A stretch of DNA of 40,601 nucleotides from a virus, in IMG/VR virus record IMGVR_UViG_3300027509_000007. The stretch is one strand, 5' to 3'. Each line of letters opens with the position of its first letter. The stretch's first letter is position 1. The notes below the pieces were generated by a model. That model was not told the origin of the DNA. It saw only the letters and a list, made by a program, of their open reading frames with translations, and searched no databases. The position numbers were made by a program, and so were the translations under genes. Below, piece after piece: positions 26,045-34,959 of the stretch.

Positions 26045-29000
26045 TTAAGTGACCATTTTTCTTATCGAATGCGTTATATCATGACAGTTTTTAATCCGTT
26101 TTTTAATCCGTTTTTCAGCTCTGGTTCGTTCCTTTTTAATTTTATAATTGACTTCCACTCGATCAAGATCAGTCATTAATTCATCAATCCTTGCATTAAA
26201 AAACTTCTCTAGTCGATATAAAAACTGATCTTTTTTATAATGATCAGCCGACTTTTCAATATGACTTTTAATATCATCTAAGAACGATTTGTTGTAAATG
26301 TCGTTCTTGACTTGGGCCACAACATCATTAAACAGACCCATATCTTCCTGTCGATCTGTATCAAATGATGGTATAGAATCCGCATCCATGTTATCAACAG
26401 AATTAAAATAATATCTCGAATAATCTACTATATCACCCAACATTTTCCCATTAGGTACTAACACAATCTGGTGTGTATTTCCTCGGTATCTATGTCCACC
26501 ATTTCGTCCAATGGCCTGATGCATATCATCCAACAGTAACACTAGCTTGACCATCGTTGTGCTCATGACACCATTGAATTCAAGTGATCGATATCGAGCC
26601 ACTACACTTGGATGTGGTTGTGAAACCTCGATAATTAAATTCTTTCCCATGTATGAATTTTGGCCTTTGGAATTGGATAGATTGTCTGTAGAACCAAACC
26701 CATTTCCGATTAAAGTGTACTGATCTTTTACATCAGGTATGGATGCATTCAATCTGTCCACTATAATGGGTATAATTCCATCGTTATCAGCACTCACCAT
26801 GTCAGTGCCCATCAAATGAGAACGCCCAGCAGAGAGTCTTACATCGTCAATCAGCTTGGGTGCTTTTATTGTTGGGTATGTTCTTTTAATTAATTCGCTG
26901 CACATAAACTCAGTGGTCGTGAATATGAGCATATTGGCTTTTAAGAACTCACCATAGACCTGTGATTGTCTGCGCTCGAAGTAATGCTTATTATTAAATC
27001 TCTCGAAAACAATGTCATTTTCTTCAAGATCGGTTTCTGGATCTTCGTAATACAACATTCCATTGTAAGTATCATATTGTGGTGATGAATCTTTAATTCG
27101 TTTCTCTTTGGCAACAGACACTGGCATATAATTTTCAAACATATCTCTTTTGGCATCATCAATCCAAATAAGAAAGTCAATAAACGGATTGGTCTTATCT
27201 TTAAAGGTGATCTTGACCTTTTGTTTGTTCTTAGTTAATTCAGTGGGTGATTGTGGGTCAAGTGATCTTATCTGCGCATTAATGCCAGCAATCATTGCGT
27301 GTGTAGTAATAACAATGATGCTGTCACTATTGGCTTTCAATTCTTTGAAATCATCACTTTGTTTTTTGTACGCATCCTCACACTCTCTTAATAATTCATT
27401 GGCTTCATCATGAGACAAATGTTTTTTAATCGCTTCTAATTTACGTCCACGATCTATTTCGCCTGACTCGAACGGCTTTGCCTTTGAATACTTGGGATTA
27501 TATTTTGGGCATCTGTCCCTGATCATTTGATCTTCTGATATATGCATGACTATATCAACGTCAACATCACATTCCTTTGCTGTTTTTTTAAATGATTTGA
27601 ATTGTTCATGAGCTTGCACCCAACTCGCACAAGCAAACACAGAATTGACTTTCATTCTACCGGCCACGTATAACGCGAAAGATGATTTGCCAGTACCTTC
27701 TTCATCAGTTAGTAATACTCTGTCAGTGTGAACAAACTGTTTAGCATTGATCATATTTTTAAAGACTGCGTTCTTTAACTTTCTGATCATTGGATTTTGT
27801 TTGATATCCAATCTATTAACACTGTGCACGATTGGTGGTTTTCTAACAAATTCAGAATCATATTCAACATCAAAGATTGCATCTTCTTTGGCATCGATTA
27901 ATTTTTGTTTGTGCAATGCCTTTTCAACACATTGCTTAATGTAATAATAATTTTTATCGAAGAACTTCATCTTTTTAAATCTTTCAGACATTTCTTCGAC
28001 TGTTAAAACACTAAGCAGGGTTCCATCTGGGAAGGTTAATCCAAAATAAATATCATCCGTATCGTAACCATCAGTGTCTTTGAGTGCTGATTTTTTGCAC
28101 TTATTAAAATCGATATCATATAAACGTTCTTCATATAAGGCTGGCATGGTCATTCGAACTGACGTGTGCGCCTCGCATGTATTAACTAGACAGTTATAGT
28201 TTGCAGCATCATATGCATTAGACGTGTGATCGTAGCTATCTATATGTAGGAAAGCCGTTTGTCTGCGCTTGTTTGGATTTCCATCTTCAAGGTGTATTTT
28301 TGCAGGACACATAATTTTAATCTGCATGTCAACACCATTGGCAATACTATCAACACTAAATGGATTTTCATTTTCATCTTCAAGTGTTGTGTCTGGATAG
28401 AAGGTTCTAGTGTTGTGGAAACCTTTACCTGATGAAGTGTAGTTCTTTCCCTTCTGGTTAGTTCTAAGTTCAGTGACAACAGGCCATGATTTTATATCTA
28501 AGAACGATGCATCCTTAGCGTCCATAATTCTAAGATGCTTCTTATACGGATACGGGTCATAATCACAGGTTAATGGTAGACCTTGAGATTGCGAATCAGT
28601 TAAACACGAAGTATCTATATCTCCAAAGATAATCTTTGCATGGTCTTTCTTTTGATTCCATTCATCCACACCAATAGATTCAGCAAATGGAATAACAACT
28701 CTGTATTTGTAGATAGTTCTGTTTAATAATTGTCTATCGAACTTGGTAGATATTTTTCCTGCATTAAAATCTTTGTTCCAAGCATCAGCATGTTTTTCAG
28801 TGAAAGTTGTATAACCATTTCCAACACTTGGATAGATAATACATTTGATTTTTAAATCTCTGAACTTTTTAAAGAACTTCTCTGGGTTGCTTTCACGATC
28901 ATAGTCAAGAATCAACATGTTCATTCTTGCAACATTAGGATTACATCGGAACGTTTTGTTTCCACCTAAGTTATCTAATAGTTTTCTATCAGTCAGTGTG

Positions 29001-29233
29001 TAATAAGAAGCACCAGATATATAGCGTTTATACTTTCTGGAAATTTCTTTTTTGCGAGCGTAAATTTGTTCAATGGTTTTATCAAACGCATCAATATCAG
29101 TGTGTTTAGGATTACGAAAATAACTTTGGAGTCCATTCCACGTCATCTTTACAAAATTAGGATTATTACCCCAGTAACTAACAAACGTTGCAAACTCAAA
29201 CGAATCAGTATACGGGTCGAAAGGTTCACTCAT
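26045..29233 (-). CDS. Putative replication protein, 1062 aa. It has an AEP primase-polymerase-like N-terminal region and a P-loop NTPase/helicase region.
   Basis: ILDYD (a DxD-like motif) and SSGKGFH (an sGxGxH-like motif) lie in the N-terminal third. DEEGTGKSS is a Walker A and FLIWIDDA is Walker B-like. It is the largest early gene. Confidence 0.55.
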   Translation of the reverse strand: MSEPFDPYTDSFEFATFVSYWGNNPNFVKMTWNGLQSYFRNPKHTDIDAFDKTIEQIYARKKEISRKYKRYISGASYYTLTDRKLLDNLGGNKTFRCNPNVARMNMLILDYDRESNPEKFFKKFRDLKIKCIIYPSVGNGYTTFTEKHADAWNKDFNAGKISTKFDRQLLNRTIYKYRVVIPFAESIGVDEWNQKKDHAKIIFGDIDTSCLTDSQSQGLPLTCDYDPYPYKKHLRIMDAKDASFLDIKSWPVVTELRTNQKGKNYTSSGKGFHNTRTFYPDTTLEDENENPFSVDSIANGVDMQIKIMCPAKIHLEDGNPNKRRQTAFLHIDSYDHTSNAYDAANYNCLVNTCEAHTSVRMTMPALYEERLYDIDFNKCKKSALKDTDGYDTDDIYFGLTFPDGTLLSVLTVEEMSERFKKMKFFDKNYYYIKQCVEKALHKQKLIDAKEDAIFDVEYDSEFVRKPPIVHSVNRLDIKQNPMIRKLKNAVFKNMINAKQFVHTDRVLLTDEEGTGKSSFALYVAGRMKVNSVFACASWVQAHEQFKSFKKTAKECDVDVDIVMHISEDQMIRDRCPKYNPKYSKAKPFESGEIDRGRKLEAIKKHLSHDEANELLRECEDAYKKQSDDFKELKANSDSIIVITTHAMIAGINAQIRSLDPQSPTELTKNKQKVKITFKDKTNPFIDFLIWIDDAKRDMFENYMPVSVAKEKRIKDSSPQYDTYNGMLYYEDPETDLEENDIVFERFNNKHYFERRQSQVYGEFLKANMLIFTTTEFMCSELIKRTYPTIKAPKLIDDVRLSAGRSHLMGTDMVSADNDGIIPIIVDRLNASIPDVKDQYTLIGNGFGSTDNLSNSKGQNSYMGKNLIIEVSQPHPSVVARYRSLEFNGVMSTTMVKLVLLLDDMHQAIGRNGGHRYRGNTHQIVLVPNGKMLGDIVDYSRYYFNSVDNMDADSIPSFDTDRQEDMGLFNDVVAQVKNDIYNKSFLDDIKSHIEKSADHYKKDQFLYRLEKFFNARIDELMTDLDRVEVNYKIKKERTRAEKRIKKRIKNCHDITHSIRKMVT

Positions 29234-29682
29234 TTGCTCACCAAGAAAGAGCTATCTGGATCATCTTTGTTGCGCTGTCTTTCATATGCAGGGTTATTAA
29301 CTAAACGTCTGACAACCTCACCATTCTCCATATAATCAACCCATGCTTTTTTAACCATTTCTTTTTCATTAGGAAACGCATCTTTAAATGCTTGCTCTAA
29401 CTTTTTACGTCGTTTATTCCATTCACGTTCACACGCCTTTATCTTTCCAATCAGTGTTTCACGCTGTTGCAACAGTGATTCAAAATATTCTTTTTGTAAA
29501 AGATCGTTTTGCACTTCACTACATTGCTTAGAAATATGATCAAGATCAGAAATCAATTTGTTCCATACATCATCAACCACTTCATCAGAACCTTCACTGA
29601 GTTTTTGGTTAAATGAAAATTTGTCATAATCTACATGTGTCTTATCAAACACGATTGGAGTATATCCACGTAATTTATGCAT
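29230..29682 (-). CDS. Hypothetical protein, 150 aa.
   Basis: ORF with an ATGA overlap onto the replication gene. Confidence 0.6.
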   Translation of the reverse strand: MHKLRGYTPIVFDKTHVDYDKFSFNQKLSEGSDEVVDDVWNKLISDLDHISKQCSEVQNDLLQKEYFESLLQQRETLIGKIKACEREWNKRRKKLEQAFKDAFPNEKEMVKKAWVDYMENGEVVRRLVNNPAYERQRNKDDPDSSFLVSK

Positions 29683-29696
29683 CTTATAATTCCTCT

Positions 29697-30107
29697 TTAT
29701 TGATTAGCGTTAGCCGCTTTTCGTTTATTAAAATCATCGTATAATTCAAAAACAAGTTTGTCTTTGTCCTTCCAAAATTGTTCAATCTCTGGCCGCAATA
29801 TAGAACGTTTGCGTTTTAATGCGTCCATATCTAAGCCTTCACGGTTCTTAATTCGATTTATACGATCAGTAACTTCCTGATCAGTTTCCAATCTAGAAGT
29901 AAATTCATCATCGGTACGAATAAACATTTCAGCATTAGTTAGGTAAAACTTTCTCAACGCTTGATAGATTCGACCACCATCAGTACAGTAAAGGCATTTT
30001 CTGCATCTACAGTGCTGTTTTGAAGGAAAATCTTTTTTAACCTGCTCTTTCCAATAGGCGTCGTTTTGTTTTTTGTTAAATTCATAATCATTGTGTTTAT
30101 CAGTCAT
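29697..30107 (-). CDS. Hypothetical protein, 136 aa, with a Cys cluster (HCRCRKCLYC).
   Basis: ORF in the operon context. Confidence 0.6.
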   Translation of the reverse strand: MTDKHNDYEFNKKQNDAYWKEQVKKDFPSKQHCRCRKCLYCTDGGRIYQALRKFYLTNAEMFIRTDDEFTSRLETDQEVTDRINRIKNREGLDMDALKRKRSILRPEIEQFWKDKDKLVFELYDDFNKRKAANANQ

Positions 30108-30523
30108 AGCTTCTCCAATTCATCTGCAATGCTATTAAAATAGAAATAATGCACTAAAGCTCTAGTAGTACTTTCCCTCTTGTTATAATTCGTTGGAATA
30201 TCAAAAAAACAACTAAGGTCATCAACTTGATCACCAGTAAAATAGTCGTATATGCGTTCATACTCCACAGAAGTATCAAAAGTAAAGTTATCAACAAATT
30301 CTCCATCATTATCATGCATCCAAAAAATCTCACCGGCACATAAAAAATGATATTGAACGATAGAATCAACTTCAGTAAAAAATCGATGCAGTGTTTCGTA
30401 ATCAGTTTCTTCTAAAATTGCAATTTCAGCATTAAAACGATCAATAACAATTCGACAATCGAAAAAATCTTGTTCGTACCAATACGTCAAGGTTCGTTTT
30501 AAATCATCGATACTAACTGTCAT
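30104..30523 (-). CDS. Hypothetical acidic, aromatic-rich protein, 139 aa. It is a distant paralogue of 30689..31060.
   Basis: ORF. It shares the features (V/I)SI(D/E).., FF(T/E)(E/S)V, and a C-terminal YFYF / FFYYF. Confidence 0.6.
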   Translation of the reverse strand: MTVSIDDLKRTLTYWYEQDFFDCRIVIDRFNAEIAILEETDYETLHRFFTEVDSIVQYHFLCAGEIFWMHDNDGEFVDNFTFDTSVEYERIYDYFTGDQVDDLSCFFDIPTNYNKRESTTRALVHYFYFNSIADELEKL

Positions 30524-30692
30524 TGTCAGACTTATCCTTCACACCAAACTCTTTCTCTATAAACCGCTTGAGTTTTGGTTTAAGTGATTTAAATGATTTT
30601 GGACTGTTCTCTTTTAAACTTAACATCAGTGCACTCTCACACCATCTCTTAAACTTGGCGTCAATAAGTTTTTGAATATCAGGATTAGTCAT
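30513..30692 (-). CDS. Hypothetical basic 59-aa protein. It is below the ORF-track size cutoff.
   Basis: Manual translation gives MTNPDIQKLIDAKFKRWCESALMLSLKENSPKSFKSLKPKLKRFIEKEFGVKDKSDNDS. It has an ATGA overlap with the upstream gene. Confidence 0.45.
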   Translation of the reverse strand: MTNPDIQKLIDAKFKRWCESALMLSLKENSPKSFKSLKPKLKRFIEKEFGVKDKSDNDS

Positions 30693-31060
30693 ATCTTCAC
30701 CATTGTTTCAATATCAGATTCATAATGGAAATAATAAAAAAACTTCAAAATCCACTTGTTAAATTTGGGATTTTGCCATTGAAATCGAAAAAACACTTCC
30801 TCAATCACATCAGTATCAACATATGGAACTAGCTTATTTGCTACCACATTTATATTAGGCCACTCAAGATCATTTTCTATTATTTGAAAATACATTAAAA
30901 TGTGTTTTTGAAGCTGCATTGGAACACTTTCAAAAAATTCAACAAGTAATAACATACCGTTATCATAATTCTCATAAAGCAGATCATAAGCAATACATTT
31001 TGCTAGATCATCAGTCTGGGATTCTAGAAAGTCTTGAAATTGTTCTATAGAGATTGGCAT
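30689..31060 (-). CDS. Hypothetical acidic, aromatic-rich protein, 123 aa.
   Basis: ORF with an ATG start. Confidence 0.6.
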   Translation of the reverse strand: MPISIEQFQDFLESQTDDLAKCIAYDLLYENYDNGMLLLVEFFESVPMQLQKHILMYFQIIENDLEWPNINVVANKLVPYVDTDVIEEVFFRFQWQNPKFNKWILKFFYYFHYESDIETMVKI

Positions 31061-31069
31061 GACTTCTAT

Positions 31070-31264
31070 TTACACTTTAAAATGATCGGCGTTACTACCA
31101 CACGCAACTTCACGACGCGCAACATCTCTATTCGTGATCTGCCTTTCTTCTGTCAATTCTTCGATGCTTGGATTTTCTTCCGCTAGTCGTGCGGCTTTTA
31201 TCTGGTCGATGGTGGACTTAAAGCCAACCACGTTTTCTTCTGTATAAAAATAATTGTCTTTCAT
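31070..31264 (-). CDS. Hypothetical protein, 64 aa. It is the first gene after the intergenic region 31265..31571.
   Basis: ORF with an ATG start. Confidence 0.5.
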   Translation of the reverse strand: MKDNYFYTEENVVGFKSTIDQIKAARLAEENPSIEELTEERQITNRDVARREVACGSNADHFKV

Positions 31265-31441
31265 ATATAATTTTCTGTAATTAATTAAGTTGAGCGAAAA
31301 GCCTATCGCATAATATATAATTAATCCACCACATTGATATGATTATATAATTTGATGCTCAGATTTGAGAGGTTCGCCGCAGATTAATTACAGCAAGTAC
31401 TATAATTAAAATATTAAATAGGACATGTATACATCGCGCAT

Positions 31442-31467
31442 AAAAAAACCGGCATTGCACCGGCTTT
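31442..31467 (-). terminator. Rho-independent terminator candidate after the int / xis-like pair.
   Basis: Minus sense reads AAAGCCGG-TGCAATG-CCGGTTTTTTT. The stem is short (4 GC pairs plus A-U and G-U pairs) and is followed by a run of 7 U. Confidence 0.45.
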
Positions 31468-31514
31468 ATCTTTGACACTAAATACGTTTACATTCATCTA
31501 AGGTGTACTGAATA

Positions 31515-31564
31515 GCCCGACCCTCCACCGTTCGTCAGATGACGCCTGCGTAGACTGGTCGGGC
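31515..31564. other. GC-rich inverted repeat GCCCGACC...GGTCGGGC enclosing the palindrome CGTCAGATGACG.
   Basis: Arms lie at 31515..31522 and 31557..31564. The inner palindrome is 31533..31544. Local GC is far above the genome average. Confidence 0.8.
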
Positions 31565-31571
31565 CATTCTT

Positions 31572-31976
31572 TTATAACTTATCTAACTCCGCCATTTGCA
31601 ACATTAATTCCTGCTTTGCATCCTCTTTCAAGCCTGACAGCTCCGCTCGCAGTTCTGCAATTGCATTCTCATGTTTGGATATTTTAGAATTTATGACATC
31701 AATCCTCGCAAGTGGCGTCGAACCAGCCACAGATTTAACTGGAACTGAACTTTGAAACATCTTCAAAAGTTTCTGATATGAACAACCGTAGTGCTTACAC
31801 ACCTCGTTACGTTCGACACTCTTATAGTCAGCCAGTGCATCATATAAAGAACGCCAGTGATCATCTGTGACGCCCTTCCACGTCCTTCCAGCACCTTGAC
31901 CCGACGCCTTGACCGGCTTAAATGGCAGTTCAAAATCACGACCACTTTTTAATGTTATTACGTCACCTTTTTTCAT
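31572..31976 (-). CDS. Hypothetical 134-aa protein coupled to int. It is an excisionase or DNA-binding regulator candidate.
   Basis: TAATG overlap with the int stop. About 60% GC in the one 60-nt segment counted (31861..31920). It has a possible helix-turn-helix (RNEVCKHYGCSYQKLLKMF) and a coiled-coil C-terminus. Confidence 0.35.
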   Translation of the reverse strand: MKKGDVITLKSGRDFELPFKPVKASGQGAGRTWKGVTDDHWRSLYDALADYKSVERNEVCKHYGCSYQKLLKMFQSSVPVKSVAGSTPLARIDVINSKISKHENAIAELRAELSGLKEDAKQELMLQMAELDKL

Positions 31977-33217
31977 TACGATTTACCTTCATTTTTAAAT
32001 AAACTATCGATGTTGCTCATTGTCTGCTTTGCCACTGGATTCTCCACCTGATCCATGTACATAGCGGCTGTTCGTCCATCGGCATGGTTCAAATGCCTTT
32101 GTATAACGTACTGTGAAAGTCCCTGAGAAGCCAACTGCTGGCCTGCAAAGTGCCTCAAGTGATGTGGAACCAGCTTTTCACCGTTATTTTTAATTAATGC
32201 AACTGTTTCAGGGTCATTAATTGTCGTGTTGGATATCGCCTTGTGCCAAAAATCAGTACTCTGGTTACGATGTTTTTCAGGTTTTGTCTGCATAGGAAAT
32301 ATCCAATCGAACTGTTTTTCACGGTTTTTAAAGCGTTTTGTCAGCAATTCACCGAATAACAATAGATTGCCACTTTCATCAACCAATGGTTTTGAGTAAA
32401 TTTCATCAGTTTTCTCGTTATACAACCAAATTGACAGTAGATTGTTGTTGGCATCCATTTCAACACTAGACCACTTAGCTTTTGCCATTTCCATTGATCG
32501 ACTACCTGAGAAAGCCAACGCCAGTATGTAATCAGCATCATCTTCATTCATGTATGACACAATTTCTAAAATTTCAGCAGCCGTGACCATCCTGCGACGA
32601 TTATTCTTGACCGCTTTGATAGTGACAACCAATGTATCCATTGCTGGAACCTTCTTTTTGTATCGATGCATACATTTAATTAGCCTTTTAATGAAATCAA
32701 TTTCAGCTTTTGACTGGCTACGTGATGCACCCTCTTTAATCCGAGTTGAATGCAAGTTTTGTAAGACAACTGAATCCACTTTCGATAAACAATCAACACT
32801 CATTGGCGTCCAATATGTAGGAACCAGTGTTGGGTCAACTGCCAGCTCTTTAACGGTCGGAATCGTTGATCTAATCACCATCTGACCTGTCATCCTGTCA
32901 AACATGTTTCTATCGTTTTTCTCTGTGGATTTTGACGCTGACCAGTTAGCTGCAAACGTATCCACATATAATTGCCATGCTTCATCAAAGGTAACAATGT
33001 TCTTTTTGCCATGAACGTGTTGATCTGCAATCTCCTGACGTTTTAGCAGCACAAATTCCTGTGCTTCATCCCAATTGTCCGTCTTTGTACTACAATCAAC
33101 CTTTAATCCCTTAGAGCTAAACCGACACCATAGGTTTTTCGTGCCTTTTTTATGGGTTATGGCTGAATCATAGGTTTTTCGAAGATCTTTAATATTAATA
33201 TCGGTACTCATGGTCAA
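31976..33217 (-). CDS. int: Tyrosine recombinase / phage integrase, 413 aa.
   Basis: Catalytic signature: FSGSRSMEMAKAKW (Arg), HHLRH (His-x-x-Arg), and LNHADGRTAAMY (His and the Tyr nucleophile). Confidence 0.9.
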   Translation of the reverse strand: MTMSTDINIKDLRKTYDSAITHKKGTKNLWCRFSSKGLKVDCSTKTDNWDEAQEFVLLKRQEIADQHVHGKKNIVTFDEAWQLYVDTFAANWSASKSTEKNDRNMFDRMTGQMVIRSTIPTVKELAVDPTLVPTYWTPMSVDCLSKVDSVVLQNLHSTRIKEGASRSQSKAEIDFIKRLIKCMHRYKKKVPAMDTLVVTIKAVKNNRRRMVTAAEILEIVSYMNEDDADYILALAFSGSRSMEMAKAKWSSVEMDANNNLLSIWLYNEKTDEIYSKPLVDESGNLLLFGELLTKRFKNREKQFDWIFPMQTKPEKHRNQSTDFWHKAISNTTINDPETVALIKNNGEKLVPHHLRHFAGQQLASQGLSQYVIQRHLNHADGRTAAMYMDQVENPVAKQTMSNIDSLFKNEGKS

Positions 33218-33921
33218 TTCTCCAGTAATTAATGCTTAAATGCAATATGCGTTATATTACAAAATAGGTTCAGCAAAATCTGAGCAATTGATCACAAATG
33301 AAGCAGTTATCTGTGCAGTATTCAATCATATTAGGCCCATTATAGAGCCGTTTTAATGAATTATATGATTTAATTAATGCAAACAGAGAAGCAGATTTGA
33401 TGTGCAGAAGTTTATAAGCCATTGAAAAATAAGACAAATAGTGGCCTTTTTCGACGGCTGGTTCAAGGTAGCACACCAGAAACGGCATATGCGGTTGGTA
33501 CTTTGCTCAGAATTTAATCAATAGTATCAGTTTCAACCTTCTCAAACCCACTGAAATGGTCAATTTTCAGACAATTCCATGAAATTTTTTAGAAAATCTG
33601 TGCAGTGAGGTGGGCAGTTTGTGATTTTAAAAATGCGGCCCATTACCAGAATTAATTTTTCAAAAGGATCAGAATCTTTCTCAGTCGCAGGTACTGGATA
33701 AATTAACTTAATTGTCTAGTTATTTCTCAGGTTCAGTACCAGCGACTAATACTCATGATGTTAAAGGAAATGCCAGTGTAGGAGTTTTCGAATGCTCCTA
33801 TGCTGGCCTCTTTCTGGTCTAGCAAATTAAAGGTCAGAGGAACGTAACTGACCCACAATTTTAATACTCTATTCAATGAGTATGTAGATCTGTGTGCACC
33901 CGCACATAATTGATCTAAAAT

Positions 33922-33945
33922 CATTCCATAATGCATTATGGAATG
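33922..33945. promoter_or_regulatory. Perfect 24-bp palindrome CATTCCATAATGCATTATGGAATG. It is a candidate operator.
   Basis: Read directly from the sequence. It lies in the divergent region between int and the plus-strand block, about 100 bp upstream of the first plus-strand gene. Confidence 0.45.
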
Positions 33946-34049
33946 CATTCTGTGTTCAATCTCACAACATCCATAATGTATTATCTCTAATATGCATCCC
34001 ATAGCAACTTCGCTATTACAACGCTGGATTGACCAGCAGGATATATATT

Positions 34050-34499
34050 ATGAGTAACCTTAAAATCGTACCACCAGACAACATGACAGCGCTCACCCGC
34101 ACCTTTGGATACGCAAAGCAATGCATCCATGACCCTGTAACGAAAGACCTATTCGGTCGTTTAATAAACGAACGTGGCGTGTATACCCTGAATTCGTTCA
34201 CCAACCCAATTAAGGCACTACTTGATGATGATGGTAATCCCATCGACGACCCAAGCATAGAACTCCACTACTCGTGGACTGGCCCATCGACGGCTGATAA
34301 CGCTGTCATGGTCATCATCAGAGAAGGATATGACGGTGAATACCTACTGGCCTATCTGGTCGCCAGTGATAACAGTGTTGAGCAGATTGATATGCCTGAT
34401 CTGTCCGAGCTGATGCCAATGGATGAACTGCTTGACCATGCTCGCCACTGCATGGATCCAGAAGAATTTCGTAGCCTGATGCAACCGTATCTGGGCTAA
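34050..34499 (+). CDS. Hypothetical protein, 149 aa, in the GC-rich island.
   Basis: ATG at 34050 (the track start at 34029 is TTG). Local GC is about 45-53%. Confidence 0.6.
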   Translation: MSNLKIVPPDNMTALTRTFGYAKQCIHDPVTKDLFGRLINERGVYTLNSFTNPIKALLDDDGNPIDDPSIELHYSWTGPSTADNAVMVIIREGYDGEYLLAYLVASDNSVEQIDMPDLSELMPMDELLDHARHCMDPEEFRSLMQPYLG

Positions 34500-34516
34500 T
34501 AACTATAACCAACCAC

Positions 34517-34537
34517 GGCTGGGAGATTATCCCAGCC
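34517..34537 (+). other. 8-bp stem-loop GGCTGGGA-gatta-TCCCAGCC between the two island genes.
   Basis: Read directly from the sequence. It has no U tract. Confidence 0.7.
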
Positions 34538-34550
34538 AGAGGATAATAAA

Positions 34551-34931
34551 ATGAAAAAGTTTACAGTGCGATTTAATCTCCAAAATGGCGACTACAAAGA
34601 ATGGTGGGAAATCACGAATACCGTTACGGGTGAACGATACTACTCAAACCCAATCGATGAAAGCCTGATAATGACCGACTGCCATCTATATAACAACAAG
34701 GCAGCGTCCAGAGTGATTTTCAATGGTGGAGATAAGAACAGATCAGCATGGATAGATTGCGCGACCGTGGAACATGTGCCGGTGATAACAGACAAGTATC
34801 CAGCAGTCGATCACCTAAGATACAACCCAAAGGTGATGTGGTACTGGCAAGACCACACGGATGCTGATATCGACGGACTGACCGTGGACACGATCTGCAC
34901 TGTCCGCTCACGAACCTATAGACAGTCTTAA
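34551..34931 (+). CDS. Hypothetical protein, 126 aa, in the GC-rich island.
   Basis: ATG preceded by AGAGGA. Local GC is about 50%. Confidence 0.6.
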   Translation: MKKFTVRFNLQNGDYKEWWEITNTVTGERYYSNPIDESLIMTDCHLYNNKAASRVIFNGGDKNRSAWIDCATVEHVPVITDKYPAVDHLRYNPKVMWYWQDHTDADIDGLTVDTICTVRSRTYRQS

Positions 34932-34941
34932 ATCGTTGGGT

Positions 34942-34959
34942 CAGGAACGCCAGTTCCTG
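34942..34959 (+). other. 7-bp stem-loop CAGGAAC-gcca-GTTCCTG after the island genes, followed by GGCC-gta-GGCC.
   Basis: Read directly from the sequence. There is no clear U tract, so its role as a terminator is uncertain. Confidence 0.6.

Noticed and set aside
31500-31570. tRNA or tRNA fragment in the GC-rich patches (31500..31570, 23886..23955, 33440..33500).
   Set aside because: I could not fit a cloverleaf. There is no T-loop GTTCRANNC with a matching 5-bp stem and no acceptor or anticodon arm arrangement. A proper tRNAscan/ARAGORN run is still advisable.
33270-34258. Minus-strand ORFs 33270..33488, 33733..34002 and 34016..34258 as possible repressor genes in the int-divergent region.
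   Set aside because: The translations are Cys/Leu/Tyr-rich with no helix-turn-helix or other recognisable pattern. No convincing ribosome-binding site is present. 34016..34258 is antisense to a better plus-strand gene, and 33733..34002 spans the palindromes. I cannot exclude a small regulator here, but I cannot support one either.
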